From positions 32,001-96,000 of the forward strand of contig JAZKFH010000025.1 in the NCBI GenBank assembly GCA_040386535.1: 64,000 nucleotides of DNA, written 5' to 3'. This DNA is from Myxococcota bacterium (GTDB taxonomy: Bacteria > Myxococcota_A > UBA796 > SXON01). Of this stretch, positions 49,769 through 58,432 are shown in pieces; the stretch's first letter is position 1, and every line of letters starts with the position of its first letter. The notes under the pieces were generated by a model. The model was not told the origin of the DNA and ran no database searches. It worked only from the letters and a program-made list of their open reading frames with translations. The translations under genes were made by a program, and so were the position numbers.

Positions 49769-51739
49769 CTACAGGCCCGAGCCGAGGAACACGTGGACCG
49801 CGCCCGCGTCGCCAGCGGGCCCGTCGTAGCCCGGCGCGCCCAGGAGGAGATCGAGGTAGCCGTCGGCGTCGAGGTCACCGCCGAGCTCGATGGCGGTCCC
49901 CAGGTGGTCCCCGGCGGCCGCGCCGCGCCACACGGCGGTCGCCGTGCTCGATTGGACGTTGCCCGCCAGCAGCACGCCGTCCCAGAGGTAGACGGCGCCC
50001 GCGTCGGGGCCGGCGCCGTCGTCGAGGATGGCGCCCACGACCAGCCGCCCGGGGGCGCCGTCGGCGCCGGGGCTGACGGCGACCGTGGCGCCGAGGTGCA
50101 TGCCCGCGGAGCTGCCGGTGAGCCGCGCCCCCGCGGACGCCGCCACCTGTACGGTGCCCCCCGGCTCGTCGGCGAGGGCGTCGCCATACAACACGTACAC
50201 GGCGCCGCCGCCGGTCCACCCGCTCTCGTCGTCGGGCGCGCCGACCACGATGTCGTCGAGGCCATCCCCGTCGAGGTCGCCCGCCGCGACCGCGCCCGCC
50301 CCGGACGAGGGGCCGACCAGGCGCAACGCCGCGTCCGCGTACAGAGTGGCGCCCTCCGCGATCGGGCCGGGGAGGAGCCAGGCGAGCCCGGCGTCCGGCA
50401 CGCCCGCGTCCGCGGAGCCGGCGAGCAGGTCGGGTACCCCGTCGGCATCGACGTCGCCGAGGGCGATCGATCCCCCCAGCGCCTGCCCGCTGTCCTCGCC
50501 GATCGTGGACGACGCGGAGGAGCCCCCGAGGTCGGTGCGCGAGCTCCCCCCGGAGCTCACGCCGCCCGGCACGATGTGCAACGCCCCGGTGTTGGTGGCG
50601 CTCTCCGTGTCGTAGCCGGGGGTGCCGATCACGAGGTCGCTCACGCCGTCAGCGTCGAGGTCCGCGCAGAGCATCGTCGCGCCCAACAGATCCGCGGGGG
50701 CCGGGATCGAGTCGAGCACGGACCCCGAGCCGGTGTCGAGGCTGCCCGTGCGGGTACCGTCGAACACGAACAGGAAGGATTGGACCCCCGCCTCGGAGCC
50801 CGCGATCACGATGTCGTAGGCGCCCGCGCCGTCGTCACACACGGCCACGGCCTGCCCGAACAGGAAGGCGGGGCCGAAATCGCTGGGGTGGGGGGTCATC
50901 GTGAGGAGCGGGTCGCGCGTGTTCAGCAGGACGTCGTCTCGCTCATCGCCGGACACCACCCACACGCCAAGGCCCGCCGCCGAGCCGATGACCACGTCGT
51001 CGAACGTGTCGCCGTTCACATCGGCGGTGACCACGACGTTGCCGGCGCCGCCCGCGGCGCTCACGCCGAGCAGGGAGAACGTGTCGTCCTCGGTGAGGTA
51101 CTCTCCCGCCCAGTCGCAGCCGACCGCGGCGCCGTCGCAGTTGTTGTCGATCCCGTCGGCGCAGACCTCGGACGCGTCGGGCTCGATCGCGCCGTTCGTG
51201 TCGTCACAGTCCTCCGCGCTGGTGACATAGCCCTCCGGGGCTGTGCACGTATAGATCCCACCCGCGGGGTCTCCGTGGTCGTCGCGGTCGTCATCCGGAT
51301 ACCACTCTTGTGTGGGGAAGCCGTCGTCCGCCGTGCCGTTGCAGTCCTCGTCCACCAGATCGCAGCGCTCGATGGCGCCGGGGAACACCCCCGGGTTGTC
51401 GTCGTCGCAGTCACCCGCGGCCGCCGCCCAGCCCCGCGACGCCGTGCAGCTGCGGATCGCGCTCCCGGTGACGCCGAACGTGTCGCCGTCGGCATCGAGG
51501 TACCACGTGCGGTCCACGTCCTCGTCGGTCGCGTCGTCACAGTCCTGGTTCACGCCGTCGCAGCCATCCGCGTTGGCGGGATGCACCGCGGGGTTCGCGT
51601 CGTCACAGTCGCCGCTCCGTATGTCCCACCCGTCCCCATCCGCGTCGGCGAGCTCGGCCCGGAGCCGCTCGTAGTTCTCGGAGTCGGCGAGGCAGGCGGG
51701 GAACAGGATGAGCAGGAACAGGACGGACGTCGGGCGCAC
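49769..51739 (-). CDS. Lipoprotein with DCDD metal-binding repeats and FG-GAP (integrin-alpha-like) propeller
   Basis: FPAC; DCDD...PGA.E.CD..D.DC; GDLDGDG.DD.VVGAP, G.VY repeats. Confidence 0.88.
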   Translation of the reverse strand: MRPTSVLFLLILFPACLADSENYERLRAELADADGDGWDIRSGDCDDANPAVHPANADGCDGVNQDCDDATDEDVDRTWYLDADGDTFGVTGSAIRSCTASRGWAAAAGDCDDDNPGVFPGAIERCDLVDEDCNGTADDGFPTQEWYPDDDRDDHGDPAGGIYTCTAPEGYVTSAEDCDDTNGAIEPDASEVCADGIDNNCDGAAVGCDWAGEYLTEDDTFSLLGVSAAGGAGNVVVTADVNGDTFDDVVIGSAAGLGVWVVSGDERDDVLLNTRDPLLTMTPHPSDFGPAFLFGQAVAVCDDGAGAYDIVIAGSEAGVQSFLFVFDGTRTGSLDTGSGSVLDSIPAPADLLGATMLCADLDADGVSDLVIGTPGYDTESATNTGALHIVPGGVSSGGSSRTDLGGSSASSTIGEDSGQALGGSIALGDVDADGVPDLLAGSADAGVPDAGLAWLLPGPIAEGATLYADAALRLVGPSSGAGAVAAGDLDGDGLDDIVVGAPDDESGWTGGGAVYVLYGDALADEPGGTVQVAASAGARLTGSSAGMHLGATVAVSPGADGAPGRLVVGAILDDGAGPDAGAVYLWDGVLLAGNVQSSTATAVWRGAAAGDHLGTAIELGGDLDADGYLDLLLGAPGYDGPAGDAGAVHVFLGSGL

Positions 51740-51884
51740 GAGGACTCCCGGAGGTGCCCGTGGGGGGGGGGCGGGCGCCTGACCTGAGTGTAGGGCTACT
51801 CTCGGCAATAGTGAAGGACGAAAGGTCGCTTTTTATTGCAGGCCGGCCGCCGCGGCGCCGGTGAGGGCACCGGTGGTCACGGAG

Positions 51885-53057
51885 TCACGTGATGTCGACC
51901 ATCACACGCTGGAGCACGATGACCTGCTTGTCCCGCACGAGCCGCACCTCGATGGCGCCGCGGCCCGCCACCCCCTTCACGCCGGGGGTGAAGGAGTGTG
52001 TCAACGTGCGTTGGGCGCCAGGGAGCAGGCGGGTGTCACCCGTGGTCTTGTAGGGCGGCTTGGATTCGACCGTACGCGCGAGCACCGTGGAGAACGCCGG
52101 GGCGAGCTCCTTGTTGGCAGCGTCGAGCAGCACCACGTCGACGCGGTATTGTTTGAACGGATTTCCCGTGGGGAAGCTGTGCCCGGCGCCCGTGTTCTGG
52201 AGCGTGAGCCCCACCTCGACCGCCTGGCCGCGGACCAACCCGGCCTTCGGCAACGACAGGATCGCGGAGACGGCGCGGCGAGGATCGGCGCCGAGCGCGT
52301 GGGAAGGCAGGGTGCCGTCCGTGCCGGCGATGTTGGCACCGGCGGTGGGGGCCATGTGACAGTCCTGGCACGACACGTCCGCCTTGGCGTACGCGGAGGC
52401 CTTCCACTCCCCGTACGTGTCATAGAACGGACGGTCGCCCTCGGGCCACGAGAGTTGGTGACACGTGGCACACATGGCGGGATCGGACAGCTCCGCGCTG
52501 ACCGCGACGGGGTGTGGCGCGTTGGGAGAGGCGCGGGTGCCGACGATCGTGTCCCCGCGGACGTGACAGGCGGCGCAGGTAACACCCTCGCCCCGCAACG
52601 TCAGGTCGAAGGAGGGGTTGGGCTCGAGGCGGGGGCGTGACAGATCCCCGTCCACGTAGCCGGCCGCGAGCTTGTCTTGTTGGTTGGTGAGCGGGAGGTG
52701 ACAGCTCACACACGCGGTGGAGTTGCCCGCGCTGGTGAGCGCGGTCTGGAACACCTCGTCGGACCATGCCTTGGCGTGCGCCGAGCCAAACCACGTGTCG
52801 TGCGCTGCCCAGTGACACGCATTGCAGCCCTGGGCGGAGAGCGACGCGAGTCCGTTGGGGAGCGTCGCGATCGTGACGGGGAGCCCGTTGGCGAAGAGCG
52901 GCGGCGCCATGGGGGCGGTCGGCTCCGGCGGGGCGGTGGGCGCGGAGATGTCCACCGTCGGCGGCGGGGGCTCCACGCTCTTCTTGCCGCGGGCGAGCGC
53001 GATGCCGACGGCCGCGAGGGGGAGACAGGCGACGACGACGAAGCGGGTAGCGCGCAT
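51885..53057 (-). CDS. Pentaheme cytochrome c (c554-like)
   Basis: CNACH, CVSCH, CAACH, CATCH, CQDCH; GHSFPTG. Confidence 0.9.
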   Translation of the reverse strand: MRATRFVVVACLPLAAVGIALARGKKSVEPPPPTVDISAPTAPPEPTAPMAPPLFANGLPVTIATLPNGLASLSAQGCNACHWAAHDTWFGSAHAKAWSDEVFQTALTSAGNSTACVSCHLPLTNQQDKLAAGYVDGDLSRPRLEPNPSFDLTLRGEGVTCAACHVRGDTIVGTRASPNAPHPVAVSAELSDPAMCATCHQLSWPEGDRPFYDTYGEWKASAYAKADVSCQDCHMAPTAGANIAGTDGTLPSHALGADPRRAVSAILSLPKAGLVRGQAVEVGLTLQNTGAGHSFPTGNPFKQYRVDVVLLDAANKELAPAFSTVLARTVESKPPYKTTGDTRLLPGAQRTLTHSFTPGVKGVAGRGAIEVRLVRDKQVIVLQRVMVDIT

Positions 53058-53106
53058 GGGCGCTCCCCTTAGCGTCCTCGACGGAGGTGTGCTCGGCGCG
53101 CGTGTC

Positions 53107-53162
53107 GGGGGGTCCAGGGGGGCCCCGCCCCCCTGGTGGGGCGTTGCGGGGCGAAGCCCCGC
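53107..53162. repeat. REP-like double hairpin
   Basis: CCAGGGGGG-N5-CCCCCCTGG (53114-53136) then GCGGGGC-GAA-GCCCCGC (53146-53162), intergenic. Confidence 0.65.
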
Positions 53163-53191
53163 CCCAGCAACCAAAGAACCGAGCTACCAGG

Positions 53192-55774
53192 TCAGAAGTT
53201 GATGACGGCGCTGTCGTCCTTCGCCACGTTTCCCGGGACGACCACCCGCGCGCCGGGCGGGCCGTAGAGGCCGAGGTAGGTCACGTAGTAGCCGGTGACC
53301 TTCTTCACGTAGTCCCGCGTTTCCGGGTAGGGGATCTGCTCGACGTAGTCATCCACCCGGATGTTGGGGCCCCAGGGCCGCAACCACGAGGAGACGTTGT
53401 GGGGGCCGCCGTTGTAGGACGCCACGGCGAGCGGGAAGGCGCCGCCGAAGCGATCGAGCAGGCGCGAGAGGTACCAGACGCCGTACCGCACGTTGGTCGA
53501 GGGGTCCTCGAGCTGCTCGGGCGAGTAGTGGGGATCGCCCATCAGCGCCGCGACGCGCGCGCCGGTGCGTGGCATGACCTGCATCAGGCCGATGGCGCCG
53601 ACGGGGGAGAGCGCCCACTGGCGGTACACGCTCTCCTGCCGCATGAGGCCGAGGGCGAGCAGGGGATCGACGTCGTAGCGGGATCCGTGGCGGTACAACG
53701 CGTCGACGTACGCGGTGGGGAAGGCGTAGCGGAGCGCCTGGACACGCTGGTCGTCGTTGGACGCGAGCTTGGACGCGCCCCAGGAGAACCGCGCGGCGTG
53801 GTGATCGTCGCGCGTGAAGAGGAAGATGTTGCGCCACTCGGGGACGCTGAACGACACCTCGCGCAGGGCCAGCGACACGGGGTCGGCGGTGGTCTGCGCG
53901 GCCTCGATCGCGTCGTACATGCGGGCCATGAGCGGCGCGGAGTGGCGGTACACACCGGCCCGCGCGAGGTCGGCGGCGGCGGCGGCCCACGGGAGGGCGG
54001 TGCCGTGGTCCTCCGCGAGGGTGGCGAGGAGCTTGTCGGCGGTGACGGGATCGTAGAGGAAGCTCGGGCGGTAGGCGTCGGGGCGCGCCTCGTAGCGGGG
54101 CGTCGAATCCGGGGGCGGGAGGGGCACGCTCTCGACCGCGGCGCCCGCCACGGTGGTGGTCGCCGTGGTGTTCCAGGCGAGGGCCGACCAGTCGGCGGCG
54201 CGCGCGCGGTCGGGGGCGGGGGCACGCGACGCCAGGACGGCGACGGGCACGCCGCCCGTGCGGACGCGCGCGAGCGGCGGGAGGGTGGGGGAGGGGGGGC
54301 CGGGCCAGCGGCCGTCGCGGGCGGTCCACGTATCGATGGCGGGGGAGGGGGCGCCGCCGGCTTCCACCGAGCTGGCGCCCAGCCCGCGGGTGAGCGCCGC
54401 GTACCAGCCCATCGGCTCGCGCGCGCGGATGTTCTCTCGCTCGGCGTCGGCCTCGGCCGTGCGCCCGAGCGCGTCGAGCGTACGCGCGCGATAGTAGCGG
54501 GCCGCGGTCGCGTCATCGGCGCCGCTCGCGACGATGGCGTCCAGGCGGATGAGCGCGTCATCGAACGTGCCGGCCCGAAAGGCGGCGTACGCGGCGAGCC
54601 ACTTCGCCTCCTTGCCGAAGGCGCCGCCGGTCTTGCCGAGCTCGGTGAAGGACACCACGGCGTCGGCGTACCGGCCGGCGAGCAGCTGGGCGCGCGCGAC
54701 CTCGGTGCGGACGGAGCGGAAGCGGCTGCTGCCGCCGTGGGTCTTCTGGCCGGCCTGGAGCTGATCCACCGCCGCCGCCCACTGCCCGCCGCGGGCGAGC
54801 GCCCGGTAGCGTTGCCACGCGGTCTCGGCGTCGGGCTTCTTGGCGTACTGCTCCGCGAGCTGGGCGGCGACGATGTCGTACTGCTTGGTGCTCCAGGCGA
54901 AGCGCTCCTGCTGGGACTCCACCCACGAGGCCAGCTGCGGATCGTCGGCGGCGCGCGACGCGAGCGACTGGAACTTCTCCCACGCCTCGGTCTCGTAGCC
55001 GCAGCGCTTGCGCTCGGCGGCGAACCGGCACTCGGTCGCGACGGTGTCCGGCAGCGCGGTGGACAGCCCATCCTCGGCGAGGGCGTCCAGCCGGGCCTGC
55101 GCTGTCTCCCCGGTGGAGTGGTAGGTGTGGTCGAGCACGAGGTTCTGGAGCATCGGGATGCCCTGCGAGGGGCTCCCGTTGGTGACGGCGAGGGCGATGC
55201 CGAGACGGAGCGTCTCCTCGCGCGGGGTGTCGGGGTGCTTCTCGAGGTAGGCGTTGTACGCGGCGATGGCGGGGCCGCGCTCGCCGGCGGCGACCCACGC
55301 GTCCCCGATGAGGACGAGGCACTCGTCGGCGTGCTCGCCGTCGGGCCACGCGGCGCGGTAGGCCTGGCACTCGCGCGCGGCGACGCTGTGGCGCCCGCGC
55401 AGATGGTCGGCGTAGGCCTCGTACCAGGCACCCCAGGGCGCCACGGGGGCGCCGCTGGCGCGCACCTTGGAGAACTGGCCGCTGGCGAGGTTGGGCTCGT
55501 CCAGATCAAGCCACGTCAGGCCGAGCGCGAGCTGTACGGCCGCGCGGGTGCGGGCGCTGCCGGCTTTCTGGGCGAGCCAAGCCTCGTAGTACCAGGCGGC
55601 CGCGCGGTTGTCGCCCTGGGTGCGGCGGTCGATGGCGGCCTGGAGGAGATCCGCTGGGAGCGGCGCTACGCGGCCCGGCGGGACCGAGGGCGCTGTGGCG
55701 AGGACCGTGCCGGGGACGCCGGAAGCGGGCGACGCCGCGAGCGCGAGCGCCAGCAGGCTAACGACGAAGCTCAT
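53192..55774 (-). CDS. Slt-type lytic transglycosylase with TPR scaffold
   Basis: MRQES, SPVGAIGLMQVMP.T, ASYNGG, EQIPYPETRDYVKKV; N-terminal signal and TPR helices. Confidence 0.92.
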   Translation of the reverse strand: MSFVVSLLALALAASPASGVPGTVLATAPSVPPGRVAPLPADLLQAAIDRRTQGDNRAAAWYYEAWLAQKAGSARTRAAVQLALGLTWLDLDEPNLASGQFSKVRASGAPVAPWGAWYEAYADHLRGRHSVAARECQAYRAAWPDGEHADECLVLIGDAWVAAGERGPAIAAYNAYLEKHPDTPREETLRLGIALAVTNGSPSQGIPMLQNLVLDHTYHSTGETAQARLDALAEDGLSTALPDTVATECRFAAERKRCGYETEAWEKFQSLASRAADDPQLASWVESQQERFAWSTKQYDIVAAQLAEQYAKKPDAETAWQRYRALARGGQWAAAVDQLQAGQKTHGGSSRFRSVRTEVARAQLLAGRYADAVVSFTELGKTGGAFGKEAKWLAAYAAFRAGTFDDALIRLDAIVASGADDATAARYYRARTLDALGRTAEADAERENIRAREPMGWYAALTRGLGASSVEAGGAPSPAIDTWTARDGRWPGPPSPTLPPLARVRTGGVPVAVLASRAPAPDRARAADWSALAWNTTATTTVAGAAVESVPLPPPDSTPRYEARPDAYRPSFLYDPVTADKLLATLAEDHGTALPWAAAAADLARAGVYRHSAPLMARMYDAIEAAQTTADPVSLALREVSFSVPEWRNIFLFTRDDHHAARFSWGASKLASNDDQRVQALRYAFPTAYVDALYRHGSRYDVDPLLALGLMRQESVYRQWALSPVGAIGLMQVMPRTGARVAALMGDPHYSPEQLEDPSTNVRYGVWYLSRLLDRFGGAFPLAVASYNGGPHNVSSWLRPWGPNIRVDDYVEQIPYPETRDYVKKVTGYYVTYLGLYGPPGARVVVPGNVAKDDSAVINF

Positions 55775-56420
55775 CCTCGCGGACCCCGGTGGTGAACGTG
55801 CCATCCTCCGACCACAACGTGTAGACGGCGCCGGGGCCGGCCTCCTGCACCCAGAAGCGCCCGCCCGCGGTGCGCTCGACCTGCTGCCCGACCATGTACC
55901 GGGCGCCCTCGGGCGGCGCGGGCACCGTGATGGGCTCGCTGTGCTCGATCCACTCGGCGTACCCGCCGCGGAGGCGCCGGGCGAGGTGCCAGCCCTGCTC
56001 GCGGAGCCACTCGGCGAGGACCGAACCGTCGTCACCGCCGACCTGGTCGTACACGGTGACGCGCATCTCCTTTGCCGGGAGCAGATCGAGCCGCTTCTTG
56101 ATCTGGTCGAGCGGGAGGAGGCGGGCGCCCTGGATGAGGCCCGCCCCACACTCGTTGGGGTGCCGGATGTCGATGAGGTAGGGCGACACGTTGCTGATGA
56201 CCTGCGACGCGAGCCAGGTGCGGCCGATGTCCTCGCGGTGCTTGGGGCCCGGCGTGTCCCCCGAGCCGTCGACCACCTTGGGGATGAGGTTCGGGTCGAA
56301 CGCAGCCGGAGACGCGACGCCCCGCTTGAGGTCGACCGGGCGCGCGCTCGCGTCGAATTCCATCCCGAAGAACTTCAGCGCGGCCTTCTTGGCCCCGTTC
56401 TTGATGCGGTCGCGGATCAT
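55758..56420 (-). CDS. Rhodanese-like protein (catalytic Cys replaced) with small C-terminal beta domain
   Basis: LIDIR.P.E...G.I.GA, VYDQVG, L.GG...W. Confidence 0.8.
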   Translation of the reverse strand: MIRDRIKNGAKKAALKFFGMEFDASARPVDLKRGVASPAAFDPNLIPKVVDGSGDTPGPKHREDIGRTWLASQVISNVSPYLIDIRHPNECGAGLIQGARLLPLDQIKKRLDLLPAKEMRVTVYDQVGGDDGSVLAEWLREQGWHLARRLRGGYAEWIEHSEPITVPAPPEGARYMVGQQVERTAGGRFWVQEAGPGAVYTLWSEDGTFTTGVREDELRR

Positions 56421-56442
56421 CGGTTCGCTCCTCGGCGTTCGG

Positions 56443-56880
56443 CTAGCGGTCCCGACCGTTAGCCTGCCGCGTGCGCTCCGTGTAGGCCTGGAGCGCGGTC
56501 AACCCTTCGTCCGCGAACGTGTCGAGCGTGATGGCGACCCGGTGGGTTGCCGCCACGAAGTCGTCGCGCTCGTCGATGGGGATGGGCGAGATGCGATCCA
56601 CGCGCGCGCCCCCCCGCCAGCGTCGGGGCTCGCCGGGAATGCCGAGCTCGAAGAGGAGCACGTCGCCGTCGGCACACACGGGCATGTCGTCGAACGCGAT
56701 GCCCGCCACGCTGAAGTTCATGGTGGGGTCGGGCGCGCGCTCGGCGCTCCGCGCGGGGCCCCCCGCCACCCAGGCCGCCACGTCGGCGGCGCCGCCGGGC
56801 GCCCGGTGGTACCGGAAGTCGAGCGTGCCGTGGGCGCGGGGCGGCGCCGGCTGGGGGACATCGGAACGTGCACCTTCCAT
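56443..56880 (-). CDS. PilZ-like protein
   Basis: NFSVAGIAF (N/D-x-S-x-x-G), beta-rich; TAGCCT box and GGAG SD upstream; RxxxR not evident. Confidence 0.55.
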   Translation of the reverse strand: MEGARSDVPQPAPPRAHGTLDFRYHRAPGGAADVAAWVAGGPARSAERAPDPTMNFSVAGIAFDDMPVCADGDVLLFELGIPGEPRRWRGGARVDRISPIPIDERDDFVAATHRVAITLDTFADEGLTALQAYTERTRQANGRDR

Positions 56881-57117
56881 GGAGACTCCAGCCGAGGGGC
56901 AGGCTAGCCGAGGTCGCGTTCCACGGCAATGTACGCATGCTGTCCCGGTGGCCGCGCCTCCAGAATGGCGGCCCGCACGGCATCCGCACGGCGATGCCCC
57001 GCGAACGTCACGGCGGCCGGGTACGGCGCGACGGGGGTGGCGCCGATTCGCGGGGATGTCGGTAACCTTCGGCGTACCAGGTGGCGAAAGTCCGGTTATC
57101 GTGGAGCCGGAGGCGAG

Positions 57118-58428
57118 ATGGCTTCGGACCGGAGACTCTCCGAGCTTTCGCGCGAGCTGCTCGCGGCGCGCGCGGAGGCCGAGCACCTCGCCACGCACGA
57201 TGCGCTCACCGGCTGCCTCACCCGAACGGGGCTCGCGCGCGTGCTCGACGGCGCCCACCTCGACGCGGCGCCGCTCGTGGCGCTGTTCGTCGACTGCGAC
57301 GACTTCGATCGGGTGAACGATCACTTCGGGCACGCGGTGGGGGACGTGGTGCTGCGCGACCTCGCCACACGCATCCGCGACGCCCTGCGCGCGGGAGATG
57401 CGCTCGGACGCCTCGGGGGGGACTGCTTCCTCGCGCTGCTGCCGGCGACCGAGCTCATCGAGGCGCGGGCGCTGGCGGAGCGGGTCCGGCTCGTCGTCTC
57501 GACCGAACCGTTCGCGTGGGACCCCGGCCCGCTCCAGCTCACCGTGAGCATCGGCATGGCGCGCGTCTCGTCGGGGTCCATGTCGCTGGAAGAGGTGCTC
57601 TCCCTCGCGCGGATCGGCGTGCAGAAGAGCAAGATCCGCGGGAAGAACCGCGTTTCGGCGGCGGATGACGCCCAGACCGCCACCGCCTGGCTCGCGCCCT
57701 CCCTCCGCGCGTTCATGGCGGTGGTGCAGGACGGTGAGGGGCTCACCATGTTCGCGCAGGACATCCGCGCGTTGCCGAGCGAGCGCCCGGTGGGCTGCGA
57801 GCTGCTCGTGCGGGGCGCGCCCGGCCCGCTCGCGAGCCCGGCCGACCTGTTCCGCATGGCGACGGAGCACCACCTCTCCACCACGGTCGACATGTTCTGC
57901 CTCCGCCTCGCGGTCACGGCCGCGGTGGGGGCGGGCCTGCGGGGCAGCATCCACCTCAACCTCCTGCCCGCGACCCTCCTCGAGGTCGCCATGGAGCAGA
58001 TCGTGGGGCTGCTCGCGGCGCCGCCGCCGGGGGGGCGCTGGTGCGTGGAGCTCTCGGAGCGGCAGTTCCTCGGGGACCCCGAGGAGCTCATCACGGCCGT
58101 CGGCCACCTCCGCCGCGCCGGGATCTGCGTGGCGGTGGACGACGTGGGCAGCTGCCGCGGGACGCTCGACAGCATCGTGGTCCTCGAGCCCGAGGTGGCC
58201 AAGCTCGACATCCGGCTGGTGCGCGGCATCGCGGAGGATCCGATGCACCGCCGCGTGGTGGAGCGGCTGGTGCGGCTCGCCGCGGCGCTCGACGCGGAGG
58301 TTGTCGCCGAGGGCATCGAGAACCGCGCCGACCTCGCCGTGCTGCTCGAGCTGGGCGTCACGATGGGGCAGGGCTTCCTCTGGGGGCGCCCCGCTCCGGT
58401 CGTGTCGTCGGCATCGTCCGCTCGTTAG
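57118..58428 (+). CDS. GGDEF-EAL protein with variant motifs
   Basis: HDALTG, D.DDF.RVND.FGH..GD, RLGGDCF; ELLVR, LNL, ELSE, DDVG, KLD, AEGIE, QGF. Confidence 0.9.
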   Translation: MASDRRLSELSRELLAARAEAEHLATHDALTGCLTRTGLARVLDGAHLDAAPLVALFVDCDDFDRVNDHFGHAVGDVVLRDLATRIRDALRAGDALGRLGGDCFLALLPATELIEARALAERVRLVVSTEPFAWDPGPLQLTVSIGMARVSSGSMSLEEVLSLARIGVQKSKIRGKNRVSAADDAQTATAWLAPSLRAFMAVVQDGEGLTMFAQDIRALPSERPVGCELLVRGAPGPLASPADLFRMATEHHLSTTVDMFCLRLAVTAAVGAGLRGSIHLNLLPATLLEVAMEQIVGLLAAPPPGGRWCVELSERQFLGDPEELITAVGHLRRAGICVAVDDVGSCRGTLDSIVVLEPEVAKLDIRLVRGIAEDPMHRRVVERLVRLAAALDAEVVAEGIENRADLAVLLELGVTMGQGFLWGRPAPVVSSASSAR

Positions 58429-58432
58429 GCGG

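Noticed and set aside
51781..51827. Hammerhead-like CTGA...GGACGAAA
   Set aside because: Core reads CTGAGTG, not CTGANGA, and the stem II partner is missing
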